Part shown: positions 24,113 to 36,391 of the stretch, in pieces
Position numbering within the stretch: position 1 is the stretch's first letter
How the letters are laid out: each line of letters opens with the position of its first letter
NCBI RefSeq assembly: GCF_036971445.1
Contig: NC_091469.1
Location: 218,798,001-218,862,000, forward strand
Length of the DNA: 64,000 nucleotides
Reading direction: 5' to 3'
Origin: Narcine bancroftii
Lineage: Eukaryota
Notes under the pieces: generated by a model
What the model was told of the DNA's origin: nothing
The model's input: only the letters and a program-made list of their open reading frames with translations
Database searches by the model: none
Translations under genes and position numbers: made by a program

Positions 24113-25097
24113 CAGGCCGTCCCCAGGTTAAAAGCGAGTTCCATTACCTAGGTCTGTCTTAAACCAGAATTTGTATTTAAGTTGCAACAAGTACATGTGG
24201 TCCTTATTTAGCATCAGTTAGTCAAATTTTTATCTTAGTATAAAGTCTATATTTTACCTTTATAAGCATATAAAACACTTCCCAATGCACTAAAACATCT
24301 TAAACATAATAATAAAGGTATAATTCTGTACTGTACATAATAAAAGTAACTACATACAGTCATAAGGTCCTGAAGTATCAACTATTTCTCCCTTCTTTGT
24401 TTGGTCTGACCGGTTTCATGCATTGTTGGTAAAATATCAACAGGAATGGCTTTTGTTGACTGTGGTTTTGTGTTCCCCCTCCCTCCCACTTGCTCCCTCC
24501 GACCCTCACACACTGAGGTTGGTCTGGAAACTGGTAATGGAGTTGGCGTGCGCGCCAGAATGGTGTTGATCAGGACCAGGACCTGCTTGACAGAGGTGTC
24601 GTGGGCTACAGTATGTTTGCAATAGGGGTAATTGGTGGAGGCAATGGTGGCTCCAGCACCTAGTCAGCGGGGATGGGGCTTAGCAGGCCTGTGGGCAGCA
24701 GGGGCCAGGATGCAAACCCACTTTGGAGCCACCAGGAGCTTCACCTGCAGGTAACCAGGGCTGAGTTGGATACTGGCATTGGAAGATCCAGCCTGTGGGA
24801 GGCTATGAATGGGTTGGAAACCGGTTTCTGGAAGGACGGTGATGGTGGGAATTTGGGGTCTGGGAGGTCAGTGATAATTTGTATTTGCTATTTGATTAAT
24901 ATTCAGTTGAAACAAAATAATCAAATTCTGAAAAAAATGGGATTTTGCAAGCACTGCCTCAGATTACTTACTGTTTAAGAAAAATTATATAATTTAAATT
25001 AGACTCAACCACACTTGAACTGGAAGTTGACGCCATTCTACTTCCAGTTGGCTCTCTGGTTCGTAAATTTGGATGCCTTCAACCCAGGGACTGCCTG
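24113..25097. mobile_element. Tc1/mariner (Tigger/pogo-like) non-autonomous element
   Basis: TIRs CAGGCCGTCCCCAGGTT / AACCCAGGGACTGCCTG, followed by TA on the right. Confidence 0.6.
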
Positions 25098-25494
25098 TAT
25101 TCAGTTTTATAATGTGGTGCCCTGAAAAATATCCAGGCATCCTTGTTTTACTCATTTCTCAGTCACACCTTTTCATTTCCTGTGCTGTCTCTTCCTAACA
25201 TCATCCACGTCAGCCTTATAGATTCTACACATCACAAGCTCGGTGTCAGCCAGATCTCTGCCATCTCAAGTTATTGCACACAAAGGCTTATTCAGCTCTT
25301 AGCACGTTATTAGTTGATGCTATTGCTTCTTGGCACCCTGCATGTTGATTGCATGTCCCATCCAGTCTCAGTTTTGGCTCCCACGCTGTTCCAATGGTGC
25401 TTAATGCAGGTTCAAGGAAGAGCACTTCATCTCACAATGCAGGCCTCAGGACCCAATACTGAATTTAATTATTTCAGTTAACTCACCTTTTGTG

Positions 25495-25860
25495 AGTGAA
25501 ACACGAAAGTCTGCAGATGCTGTGATTGTAGTAAAATTGGAGGAACAATACCTCATCTTCTGACTGGGCACCCTCCATTAATATTGACTTATCTGGCTTT
25601 TGTTAAAAACCTCTCCCCTCCCCTGCCCTCTAACTCCAGCTCTCTCTCTCTCTCCTTTTGCACAAACAAGTTCTAACCTACTCCCTTATCATATCCAATT
25701 AAAACTTTTTTGTTGGTCTGGATTTCCCCCATTCTGAATTCTGAGACTTCCTCCTTCATCCTTGAAGGGCTCAGGCTCAAAAATGTTGGCAATATATCGA
25801 TGCTTTTGTGTTTGAATACTGAAATTACTGGTTGAGTTCCTCCAGCCTTTCTGCATTTTA
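25495..25860 (+). mobile_element. Penelope-like 3' end with an inverted terminal piece at its 5' side
   Basis: LEEQYLIF*LGTL..INIDLSGF at 25538-25600, terminal motif at 25760. An older PLE fragment lies at ~25150-25480. Confidence 0.7.
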
Positions 25861-26537
25861 ATTCACCTTTTATGCCCGATAGCTCAGCTATAATTTTGTT
25901 TCTTTTGTCTTCTGCTCCAAACTCATGAAGTTAGAAGAATTATCTGCCTTGACTACTATGATCTCTGCCTTTTCAGACATTAGTGTTTTTTTTTAAATAA
26001 AGATAGCAATGTTGAAAAAAATCTGAAAAATTTAACACAAATTAACATAGTTGCTCACCTTGTGGTCGTTTACACTGCACACCTTAAGTTCCTATGTGCC
26101 TTAGTCCCGGTGCTTTTATAATGTGGCCTGAGTCATCAGATGAACATCGAATACATGAGGTGAGTTCTGAAATGTGATTTAGACTCTCGGCTCCCCCTGA
26201 AAAGTAGTAGGGGTCTTGTAGGATAAATCAGAGTTTAGGAATTGACTAAAAATTCCTGAACTTACCTTTTTAGACTGCCCACATAACAGCAAATTTTGTT
26301 GATTGTGCCTTTACATGCCTGCAGTCTAAAATCCCCAATTCTTTGTTCTCTCCACCCTTCTTGCAGTATAATACACTTAAAACAAGTGTCTCACTTCCCC
26401 AGTGTTGTTGAATATTTAGTGATCTCAAACATCCACTCAATTTCTTTCTCTGCAGGTGGTGCCAGACTTGCTAAGTGATCCCAGTATTTGTGGTTTGATT
26501 TTGGATCTCCAGTACCTGCTCTCATTTCTCTCTAGGC

Positions 26538-26719
26538 CAGGGGTGGTCAACCTTTTAATTTTTAATTTAGACACACAGCACAGGAGCAGGCCATTTCTGC
26601 ACAGGAGTACGCACTGGGGGTATGGGTCAATTGGGCAGTACGGACCTATGGGCTGAAATGCCCTGTTACCGTGCTGTATGTCTAAATTAAATTTTGAATT
26701 AAAAGGTTGGCCACCCCTG
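26538..26719. mobile_element. hAT MITE
   Basis: TIRs CAGGGGTGGTCAACCTTTTAATT / AATTAAAAGGTTGGCCACCCCTG; TSD CTCTAGGC/CTCGAGGC. Confidence 0.85.
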
Positions 26720-26748
26720 CTCGAGGCCTTTTTATGGTGCAACCCTGC

Positions 26749-27050
26749 TGTGGTGATATGACCACCAGCCTACTGCAGGGGGCAATCAATGTACCTGCAG
26801 GAAGACCACCTAAGGGCTGACTCCACCTGGCTTGCTGTCAATCAGCCGACCTGAATAGACCCCAAGGGGGCTGACTCCACCTGGCCGGCTGTCAATCAGC
26901 TGACCCAAACATAGACCTGAACCGGCCCCTCCTAGGCCAGTCACATGGGAGTCACTGAAGCATGAACTGATGTTCAAACATTTATCTGAATAAAGCCTGT
27001 TGTAGTCTTTTGAGTTTTGTGCTTGCTTGCTGTTACCTCAGTGCACCACA
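26749..27050 (+). repeat. G1 5' LTR
   Basis: TGTGGTG...CACCACA termini, AATAAA at 26989-26994; homologous to the solo LTR at 12140-12343. Confidence 0.88.
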
Positions 27051-29208
27051 ATTTATTAAGATAAAATTTAAAAGAATGACCATGGAAAAGTTCCTGTCGA
27101 TCGGGAGCTTGGAGTTTGGAGTTCGATCCTCAACGCCCAGAGGCCCAGGCATGCTTTGAGATCTGGAGGTATGGAATTGAGGTGATCATCCTGATGCAGT
27201 TGGAGGTGATTGACACAAATCAGAAGCAACTCATGGTGCTCCGCACAAAGTTGGGCCCCCAGGCCTTCCAGGCCACCAAGGACTGCACCAACTACAAAAC
27301 AGCGATGGCCATCCTGGAAGCCATGTACAAACCCCCGACGAACGTGGTCTCAGCAGCCAGGTGAGACGGCAGATACATACCTGGGGACCTACAGGAGCTA
27401 TCCTGCCCGTGCCTGACCGAGACTGGGGTGGTCCAAAGGGGGAAGTGGAGTGATTGATCTGAGATGCTTGCATGCGAGGTCTGCGGTCGAGGAGTGCCCG
27501 GCAGAAACTGCTGGAAGATAACATCACCTCACTTACTAGGACTATAGAGGTGGTCCACTCCCTGGAGGCTGCAGCCCTTCATGTCAAAGTCTTCGACTCC
27601 TGACTCCCCCAACACCCAGTCTGGCTGACACAGATGACTGCCATAGCCGAAGTACCGCACATAGAGGAGACCATTGCTGCTGCTGGCACCCCGCGCCCCT
27701 GTTGAGTCCTGGTGTGGGTCAGACAGGCAACCCCACAAAGGCTGCCCGCGAGGAACTCATACTTCTCCCGATGCAGAAAGAAGCTACACAAAAGTGCTCC
27801 AGACTGGCTGGGAGCCCAGTGGCCCAACGCCATCACTCACCCCACCACCTCCGGTTCTGCCACTGACCAGCACTGCTGCAGTGTGCTCCCCTCAGCCGGC
27901 TTCCGCCAGGACTGCTGAAGTCACCTCCACCAGTATGAGAGATGTAACTTCTATCAGTATGGATGATGCAACCACCTGTCCCACAGACAAAGGGGATGCC
28001 TGACCAGGCTGACTCCATGTGCGCCCACAGGACACCACTATCTTGGGCCAGTCAGGCCCTGACGGCATATCAACAGGACAAGATGGTCAACACAGGCATA
28101 TACCAGATCGCCCACTCGACGCACCCAATGGTTGAAAAGGAAACCACTGACCACTACTCGCCTCATCCATTGGGGAGCAACGACTTGGACCCAGAGATGG
28201 TCCTAGCATCTACCACCATAAAAAGGGACATTCATCATGGACTCGGGTGCTCAGTGATGGACATCACTGTCAATGCGAAGGTAACAAAATGCCTGTTTGA
28301 TAGCAGTAGTACTGAGAGCTTCGTACCAATTTTGCTATAGCCTTCGCAGCCCAAGACCACTCTATCAAAGCCCTCAGGCACTGCTTGGCAGATCTGACAG
28401 TGGGGGGGGAGAGAAACATACCATGGGTTCAGGCTCCTGGTTATGCCCAAACTCTGTGCCCCAGTCCTTTTAGGGCTGGATTTCCAGTGCCACCTCCAAA
28501 GCATTACCCTCTCTTTCGGCGGGCCACATCTCCCGCTCACAATCCAGATTGCTCAGCCCAGCAACTACCCCAGTCCACCTGTGGGCTCTCCACGCTGTGA
28601 ATAACCCCCTCTGCCCTCTTATGCCAGATTGCAAGCACATAGCGGCCAGGAGCAGATGCAATTGCACAACCAATCGGGGCTGAAGTGAGGCAGCTTCTGG
28701 CAGAGGGTATCATAGAGCACAGCACCAGCCCCTGGAGATCCCAAGTACTGGTGGTCAAAGGAGGCAGCAAACAGAGGACGGTCATCGACTACAGCCAGAC
28801 CATAAACCAATGCACACAGCTGGGTGCCTACCCCTACCCAGAATAGCCGACATGGTAAATGAGATAACCCACGGTAAGGTATTCTGCACGATTGACCTAA
28901 AGTCAGCCTATCACCAGCTCCCTATTCATACACGAGACAAGCCATACACCGCATTCGAGGCAGATGGGCACCTCTACCAGTTCCACCGAGTTCCGTTTGG
29001 GGTCACTAACAGGGTCTCTGTTTTTCAGCGGGAAATGGACCTCATGGTAGACCTGCACAACCTAAGAGTGACCTTCCTCTACCTGGACAATGTCACCATC
29101 TGCGGCTACGACCAGCAGGACCACGATGACAACCTGGAGAGATTTCTCTGGATGGCCAAGGAGCTGAACCTCACTTGCAATAAAGAGAAGTGTATGTTCA
29201 GCGCCATC
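26749..29208 (+). mobile_element. Gypsy LTR retrotransposon G1, 3'-truncated (5' LTR, gag, protease, RT), decayed
   Basis: gag ATG at ~27082, CLFDSSSTESF protease, and PLPRI, IDLKSAYHQLP, VPFGVTN, YLDNVTICG. Confidence 0.9.
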
Positions 29209-32178
29209 CATTTCACCCCAATCCTCCAGATGGGTACGTTCATGGTCGACATTTTATGTGTCATAAAGCTGTTGCTGGAATGGCTGAACTTGCAGTCATT
29301 GCATCTCACAAGAACTGGTTACCAGGCTAAATTTCATGTATTTCTCGGTGTTTCAGTTATTTGGTCACCAAAAGGATCCAGTGGAGGAGGATCCGAGCAA
29401 TTACTTTTCACATGGGTGATAGAAAGATTCCTCTATAGTCACTGCAGTACGTCTTGTCTCCGTTCGTGAATCACAGCCTATACGAGGGCCCCTGTCATAG
29501 ACTCCTCTTTTCAGGTGGGAATGATGATGTGGTGGATTTATAAGAGAAGATCATCACTGTTGACTTATTGGACTTCAATGGAGATTCCATTTAAACTAAA
29601 TTTTCTTATCTCCTCCCTCCCCCCCCACCTCCCCGCCCCACCACATGTCAAATATACCATGCCAGATGACCTGACTTTTCCTACCATGGCTTTGAATTTG
29701 CCCAGTAGATCTGCCCAGATGGGGAGGGGGGGGGGGGGAGGGACTGTTGATGGCTGCTTGAACAGAGCCTGCAGTGGGCCCTCTGGTTCGTGGAACGTTC
29801 TTCTTCACCTGAAACTGGCGGACATTTTATAGCATCTATTTGTAACCTGCCTCCTTGTGCCATTGTCTGGTTTCTGAAAATTGATTGCATGTGGCATTGT
29901 ATTGTTAGGCAGCTTTTTTTACCGGGTCAGGAGAACGCTATCTTGCTTTTAATGCTGTGTGGGGTGTTAATTGCAATAAAAAATGAAACCAGATAGATGC
30001 CCTGTCGCCCTCTGGGAAAGAGTCCAGGGTTTTTCAGGGGATGGAAGTTCTCTTTTGTTTCATCCCTTGAGGGAAGGAGTGCTGTGCCTGCGCTCATGAA
30101 CAGGGGGTTGATTCAGTGTTGGAGTGAGCTGACATGTTGATCTATGACCTTCCCTTCGTGACTCAAAATTGGTTGCAAGCAATTCATGTGCAATCTCTGC
30201 AAGAGCTGATCTGTGCCAAAACTCAGAAGATCATCTCACCAGAGATTGCACGGAACGTTGAGCACATATTTTTAGACTGCAGTATAATTCGGAGCAGAAA
30301 TATTCCCAGAACAGTTAAAAGCCTGTTGTAGGTGTTCAGTGTTATGGGAAGGAGAGGGGGCAGGTGTGTTCACAGAAAACCATTCAGATTGTGACTTTCT
30401 GCAGCACAATATCCCTTTCCCTTCAATCTCATGTTACATATGGAGACATGCCTACAGGATGTTTTTTTTTATCCTTTCCCATTCAGCTACATTACTGGCA
30501 ATGACAGCTGGTATTTAATGGCCGACTCTGGAGAAGGGGCAAGGCTTGTGTGAAGCAAAACAAACTCTGCCATTATTTATTTTTGCTCACTCAGTACTTG
30601 TGCTTGTAGAATATGGATACAACCTCTTCACATACCCTCAGACAGGAGAGGATGTGGCAAAGGAGGGACTTGGCTGTGACTGCAACATCATTAATGCAGT
30701 GATATCATATTTAATAATATTGCCCACTGCATTGAATCAATAAAGGATAAAAACTGGCAAAATGTATTGTTTTTTCCCCCACTGAGTTTATTTACTTATT
30801 CAACATAAATTCCATAAGAACAGATTTTATTCCATATTTAAATTCCTGGAAAGTGATTTGCAAATCCTGCAAGGATTAACTTCTGTTACCCAAATGCCTA
30901 TAATCAACAGGGTCACCTGTGCTATTGTCAGGAGAAGATTGTTAGTGGGGCTTTGAGATGCTTCAGTAAATGCACCTTAATCCTGTGTGAACGCAGCATG
31001 TTATGAAAATCATTATGCAATTAAATATATATTATTGACATTTGTTAGCTCGTACAGATTTGGATTAGATTAGGTATACACATTTTTCATTTTGGTTTCT
31101 CAGCAGGTGGAGATTTAAAGAGCTGACTTTCTCAGTTACAGACACATATTGAGTCAAAATTGTAGGCAAAACTTCATTTCGACGTGCACTCCCTGATACT
31201 TCGTGCTTGATGCTACTGTGACTTTTATGCTCTTGCCCAAGTATGCAGACACACCGATGTAAACCACATGAAAAAACATTTATGTAAAACAATGCTGGAT
31301 TCTTTACTTCGCATCTGATGCTCTGAGCATACACAGAGCATCATGCAGAGGAAACGCACACGAGGTTTGTCCAAAGGAAATGAATTAACAAGCAACAGTA
31401 CCACACCCTAAATTTTAATATGCTGAATTTACATGAAGAAGTCTTTCTGCCAAATTTATAAAACCCTTGCTCCAAATTACAAGGACAGCATCAGAAGTTG
31501 GGCCCTGACCCTGCAGGATCTCATTCTTAGTCAGACCATGGCATTCAATGACACCTTGCTCGCACTGCAGTTTTGTGGGTTGTGAGATGGCCAACAAGGA
31601 AACTGTAGTCTCTTCCACAGACCCGTTAGTCCAGGCTGGTTGTTGGTCTTTTTGGCAATGCACTTCTGTTTGCTCTGTTTGAGGCTCTTCATACTAACTT
31701 AAACGATTCCCATTCACTTTGAACAGTCATGGATCGCAGCTGGTGGCACAAGAGATTGCAGACATTGGAATCTGGAGTGATACATTATCTGCTGGAGGAA
31801 CATGGGTGAAGCAACAGTAGTGGGAGAACGAAGAACTGTCATTGTTTGGGGGGGGAGCAAACTCTTCATAAGGACTTAATTTTCCAGGAGTCAGTGGGGA
31901 TGTAGCTCTTCTTCCAAGAAGGTTTGAGCATATCCTTTGATGTTTTATTCTACATACCTGGCAATCTGTCAAAAAGACGCTGCATGTCCTGTTGCACAAC
32001 ATAGCAGATTGAGAATAGCCAGGGCCTTGTTGCTGGGGAAAGATGTTGACACTAGTTTGCTTATCCTCCAGTGGATTTGAAGGATTTTGTCCAGACTGAA
32101 TTGATGGCATTTCCCACCACCCCCCTCCCCCATTGTCTTGGGATGCCTGCTGTGTATAGTCCAGGTCTAAGGAATGAT

Positions 32179-32369
32179 TAAAGTGAACTGGGATTCACTG
32201 ATAGTGTGTTGTGCTGATGGCTGGCTCTGCCTCCTAGCTCCGCACCCATCTGCTCATATATAAACCTTGGTTTCCATCCTGAACCCAAAATCCTTCCAAA
32301 GACTACTGTTAGAAGCTAATAAAAGTGTTTGTTCTCCTTCCAGTCGTGAGAGCTTTTATTTGCGCTACA
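32179..32369 (+). repeat. G2 5' LTR
   Basis: Aligns with 36187-36391; TATATAAA at 32257, AATAAA at 32318. Confidence 0.88.
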
Positions 32370-35300
32370 ATTTTATTAGCTTATCCCCTAAATGATGGAA
32401 GTGCTACTCAAGACAGGGATTGCTGTTGATAGACCCTCTAATCCCCTGATGCAGCTAAGGAGTTCACGTACTGGCTGGACTGCTTCCAGACCTACCTGAA
32501 TGCAACCAGGGACTGTCTTCCACGCCAATGAACTCAGGTGGTGTGCACTAGTTTCTAGGGTAGGAACAAAAGGGTATGCAGTCATCAGGGACTGCACTAC
32601 ATATGATGCTGCCATCGAGGCATTGAGGGCTACGTACCTGAAGTCGCAGAACGAGGTCCTAGCGAGGCACTAACTCACTCTACGTCGCCAACATTCAGGA
32701 GAGATCATCAATAACTACCTGCTGGATCTGTGGACGCTTGCCAAGAAGTGCAGGTACGAAGCTGTGTTCATGAGGAAGAACAGATCCAGGACACTCAAGT
32801 CACGTGGTTCCGCTCAAGGGTCATGAGGCAGTGACTGAGTCGGATAAGAAAGATCTGGCTAGCCACATTCAACTGGCCAAATCAATGGAACAGGCCAAGC
32901 TTGAGAATGACAACCTCAAAGCCAGCAAGCTCACTCACCCTGGTGAGACCTTCCAAGGACTGGCTGCTCCCATTACCCCAGCCCTAACTGCTGCCGCTTC
33001 CCGTGCTAGGAAGTGCTTTTTATGAAGAAAGAGCTAGCATTCCTGATCTTGTTCCATGGCTAAAGACTCAGTGTGTTCCAGCTGTGGCAAGGACATTGGG
33101 TGAGGTTTTGCTGCACAAGGGGAAGCCCAGGGATGTCCATGACTTGCACCACTCCCGGATCAGATTCCAGCACCAAGCCGTCTGCCCTGAATTCACCCAA
33201 ACCCACTTGCTGCGCTACACGCTGATGGAGGGTGTCTGAGGAAACAGTGTGAAAAGGCTCAGTGACCATCTTGCTGCAACCCAAATTCAAATTCAGTGCT
33301 ATCATACCCACACAGGGCAATCCAGGATGGTGGGTGCCACTCGAGTGAGGAGTATGGATTCTCCGGGGTCTAAGCCTTAATGGTCCTGGATCAGGACCGA
33401 CCTCACCCGCTCAGCAATTCCATAATGACTGTGAAAGTAAACAGAAATTCCACTAAATGCCTAATCGACACAGGCTCTATTAAAAGCTTCATAGACTCAC
33501 GGACTCTGCGAGAATACAACCTAAAGATGCATCCTTCCAATTATTGCATATTCCTTGCATCTCATTCGCATTTTACACATATTCAATTACATTGTATAGT
33601 ACATCTGTCCTTTGAAGGGGGGAGTTTTGTAAGAAATGCCTGTATGTACTTCATGAATTGTGTGCTCAGGTGTTGTTGGGTCTGGACTTCCTGTGTCATC
33701 TTAAAAGCACGGCCTTGGAGTATTCTGGTCCCCTCCCCCCATAACGGTTTGGAACAGAGGGCCCCTAAAATCAGAACCCACATGCAGCTTCTCCACACTG
33801 AATATCAACCCCCTCCCCCCCCCCCCCAACGTCTCTTCCCGAATCTGTCCTCAGACTGCAAACCTATTGCTACCAAGAGTAGGAGGTACAGCACAGCAGA
33901 CTGAGATTTCATACAGTTTGAGATACAACATCTGCTCGAAGAAGGTATCATTGAACCTAGCACCAGCCCGTGGAGAGCACAAGTGGTAGTGATAAAAGGG
34001 GAAAACAAGTCCAGGACTATACCCAAACTATTAATCGGTACACACTCCAGGACACATAACCCCTCCCTTGAATTTTGGACATGGTGAATGATATTATGCA
34101 GTATCAGGTCTATTCAACCATCAATCTGAAAGCGGCTCATCATCAGCTGCCAATCCATTCTGAGGACCAACAATATATGACATTTGAGGATAACAGTCAT
34201 CTCTATCAATTCCGGAGGGTCCCCTTTGGTATCACTAATGGGGTTTCTAACTTCCAGAGGCAAATGGACAGAATGCTGGATGAGTATTGGTTGAAGGCTA
34301 CCTTCCCCTACCTCAATAATGTCACCATATGTGGCCACACCATGCAAGACCATGACACCAACCTCCAGAGTTTTCTCCATGCGGCGAAAGCCCTGAACCT
34401 CACTTATAACTGACAAGTGCATATTCAGGACAAAATGTCTGGCTATCCTTGGTCACATGATGGAGAATGACATCATTGGCCCCGATCCCGATAGGATGCG
34501 CCTCCTGTTAGAGCTCCCCATTCCCAGAGCCACGAAGGCTTTGAGGAGATCCCTGGGGTTTTTCTCATATTACACCCAGTGGATCCTTCAATACACTGAT
34601 AAGGTTCATCCTCTCTTAAAAGCCACTAACTTCTCCCTCTCAGCTGAAGCCCAAACGGCTTTTAACTACATCTGTAACCACATTGCAAAAGCCGCCATGC
34701 ACGCAGTGGATGAGAATGCATCTTTCCAAATGGAAAGTGATGCTTCGGACATAGCCCTACCAGGAAGGCCGGTTGCTTTTTTTTTTGGTTGGACATTACA
34801 AGGCCACGAGCTCCAGAACCAATCTGTGGAAAAGGAGGCTCAAGCCACTATAGAAGACATGAGGCACTGGAGACACTACCTGACTGGTAGAAGATATACG
34901 CTCCTCACTGACATGCATTCATGTTCAATAATGACAAGAGGGACAAAATCAAGAATGACAAGATTGCCAGGTGGAGAATCGAGCTCTCCACCGACAATTA
35001 TGACATTGCCTATTGGCCAGGAGCCCTTAATGACCCTCCAGATGCCTTATCCAGAGGAAGCTGTGCCTCTGCACACACAGGCCAACTGCGGTCTCTGCAT
35101 AATGAGCTCTGCCATCCAGGGGTTACCGCATGGTTCATTTTGTCAAGGCGTGCAATCTGCCCTACTCCATGGAAGATGTCAGGCAAATGATCAGGTCTTG
35201 CAAGCTGCACTTCTACTGCATCTGATCAAGACATCCAGACCCCTTGGATGGCTCAATGTCAATTTTAAGAGACCTCTCCCCTCCATGAATGGGAACACTT

Positions 35301-36186
35301 TCTTCCTCTCTATCATTGAGGAGTACTCCCACTTCCTGTTCACCATCCCATGTCCAGACACGTCCACTTCATCAGTCATAAAGGCTCTAGTTTCAATTTT
35401 CACCCTGTTCAGGTATCCCAGCTATATTCATAGCGACCATGGCTCATCCTTTATGAGTGACGAGCTACATCAGTGCATGCTGGTGAGGGGTATCACACCC
35501 AGCAGGACTACTAGCTACAACCCGCAGGGGAACAGGCAGGTTGAAAAGGAGAACACCATGGTCTGGAAGGCTGTCAAACTAGCCCTGAAGTCAAAAGACC
35601 TTCCACATTCACACTGGCAGGAAGTCCTTCATATGATGCTCCATTCCATCCAGTCACTACTATGTACCGTGACCAACGCTAACTCATCACGAAGTATCCT
35701 TTAAGTCTGGCTCAACCCTCCTGGTCCAGTCCTTCTCAGGAAGCAAGAGAGGAGAAGCAAGACTGACCCCCCTGGTGGAAAGGGTGAAACTGCTCCATGC
35801 CAATCCCACGTATGCCTATGTGGAGTACCTGGATGGCAGGGAGGACAGTCTCCATCAGGGGCCAGAACAGAGGGTCCATTTGCTCAGGGGCTCTGTGAGC
35901 CATGGAGCTCATTCTCACCACCCCCAGTCAGGGCCTCGGGGGATCCAGTTCAGGAGGAAAGTGCACTCCCCCTCTTCACCGTTGAGCCGGAGACCCAGCC
36001 TGCCTCCCCTCCTTCACAAGGGGACCAGAACACCCAAGGACTTCCAGTGCTAAGGCATTCCACCAGGATCTCCAGACCCCTGGACTGCTTAAATCTGTAA
36101 ATAATTGTATATTTTTCTACTTTTTTTTCTGAACCCATGTTGTCTGTCTTCATTCACAGACCCTAAATTCTAGAGGAAGGGGTGAA

Positions 36187-36391
36187 TGCAGTGAACTGGG
36201 ATTCACTGGTAGTGTGTTGAGCTGATGGCTGTCCCTGCCTCCCCCCCACTCCCAATCTGCCCACATATAACCCTAGTTTCCCGCTTAAACCCAGAACCCT
36301 TCTAAAGACCACTGTGAGACCTACCCTTATTTATAGGCTAATAAAAGCATTTGTTCTCCCTCCAGTTGTAAGAGCTTTTATTCACGCTACA
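36187..36391 (+). repeat. G2 3' LTR
   Basis: Follows the PPT, has TG...CA termini and aligns with the 5' LTR. Confidence 0.9.

Larger units (their letters stand above)
32179..36391 (+). mobile_element. Full-length decayed Gypsy LTR retrotransposon G2 (~4.2 kb)
   Basis: Two homologous LTRs; gag, CLIDTGS protease, RT (VPFGITNG, YLNN), RNase H (ESDASD, EKEA), integrase (IHSDHG, YNPQGNRQVE) and PPT AGAGGAAGGGGTGAA. Degraded TSD ATGAT/GTGCT. Confidence 0.93.

Noticed and set aside
28810-29469. 219-aa ORF as a domesticated RT gene
   Set aside because: Gypsy RT homology ends at ~29208 and the rest is read-through into flank; upstream pol is frameshifted.
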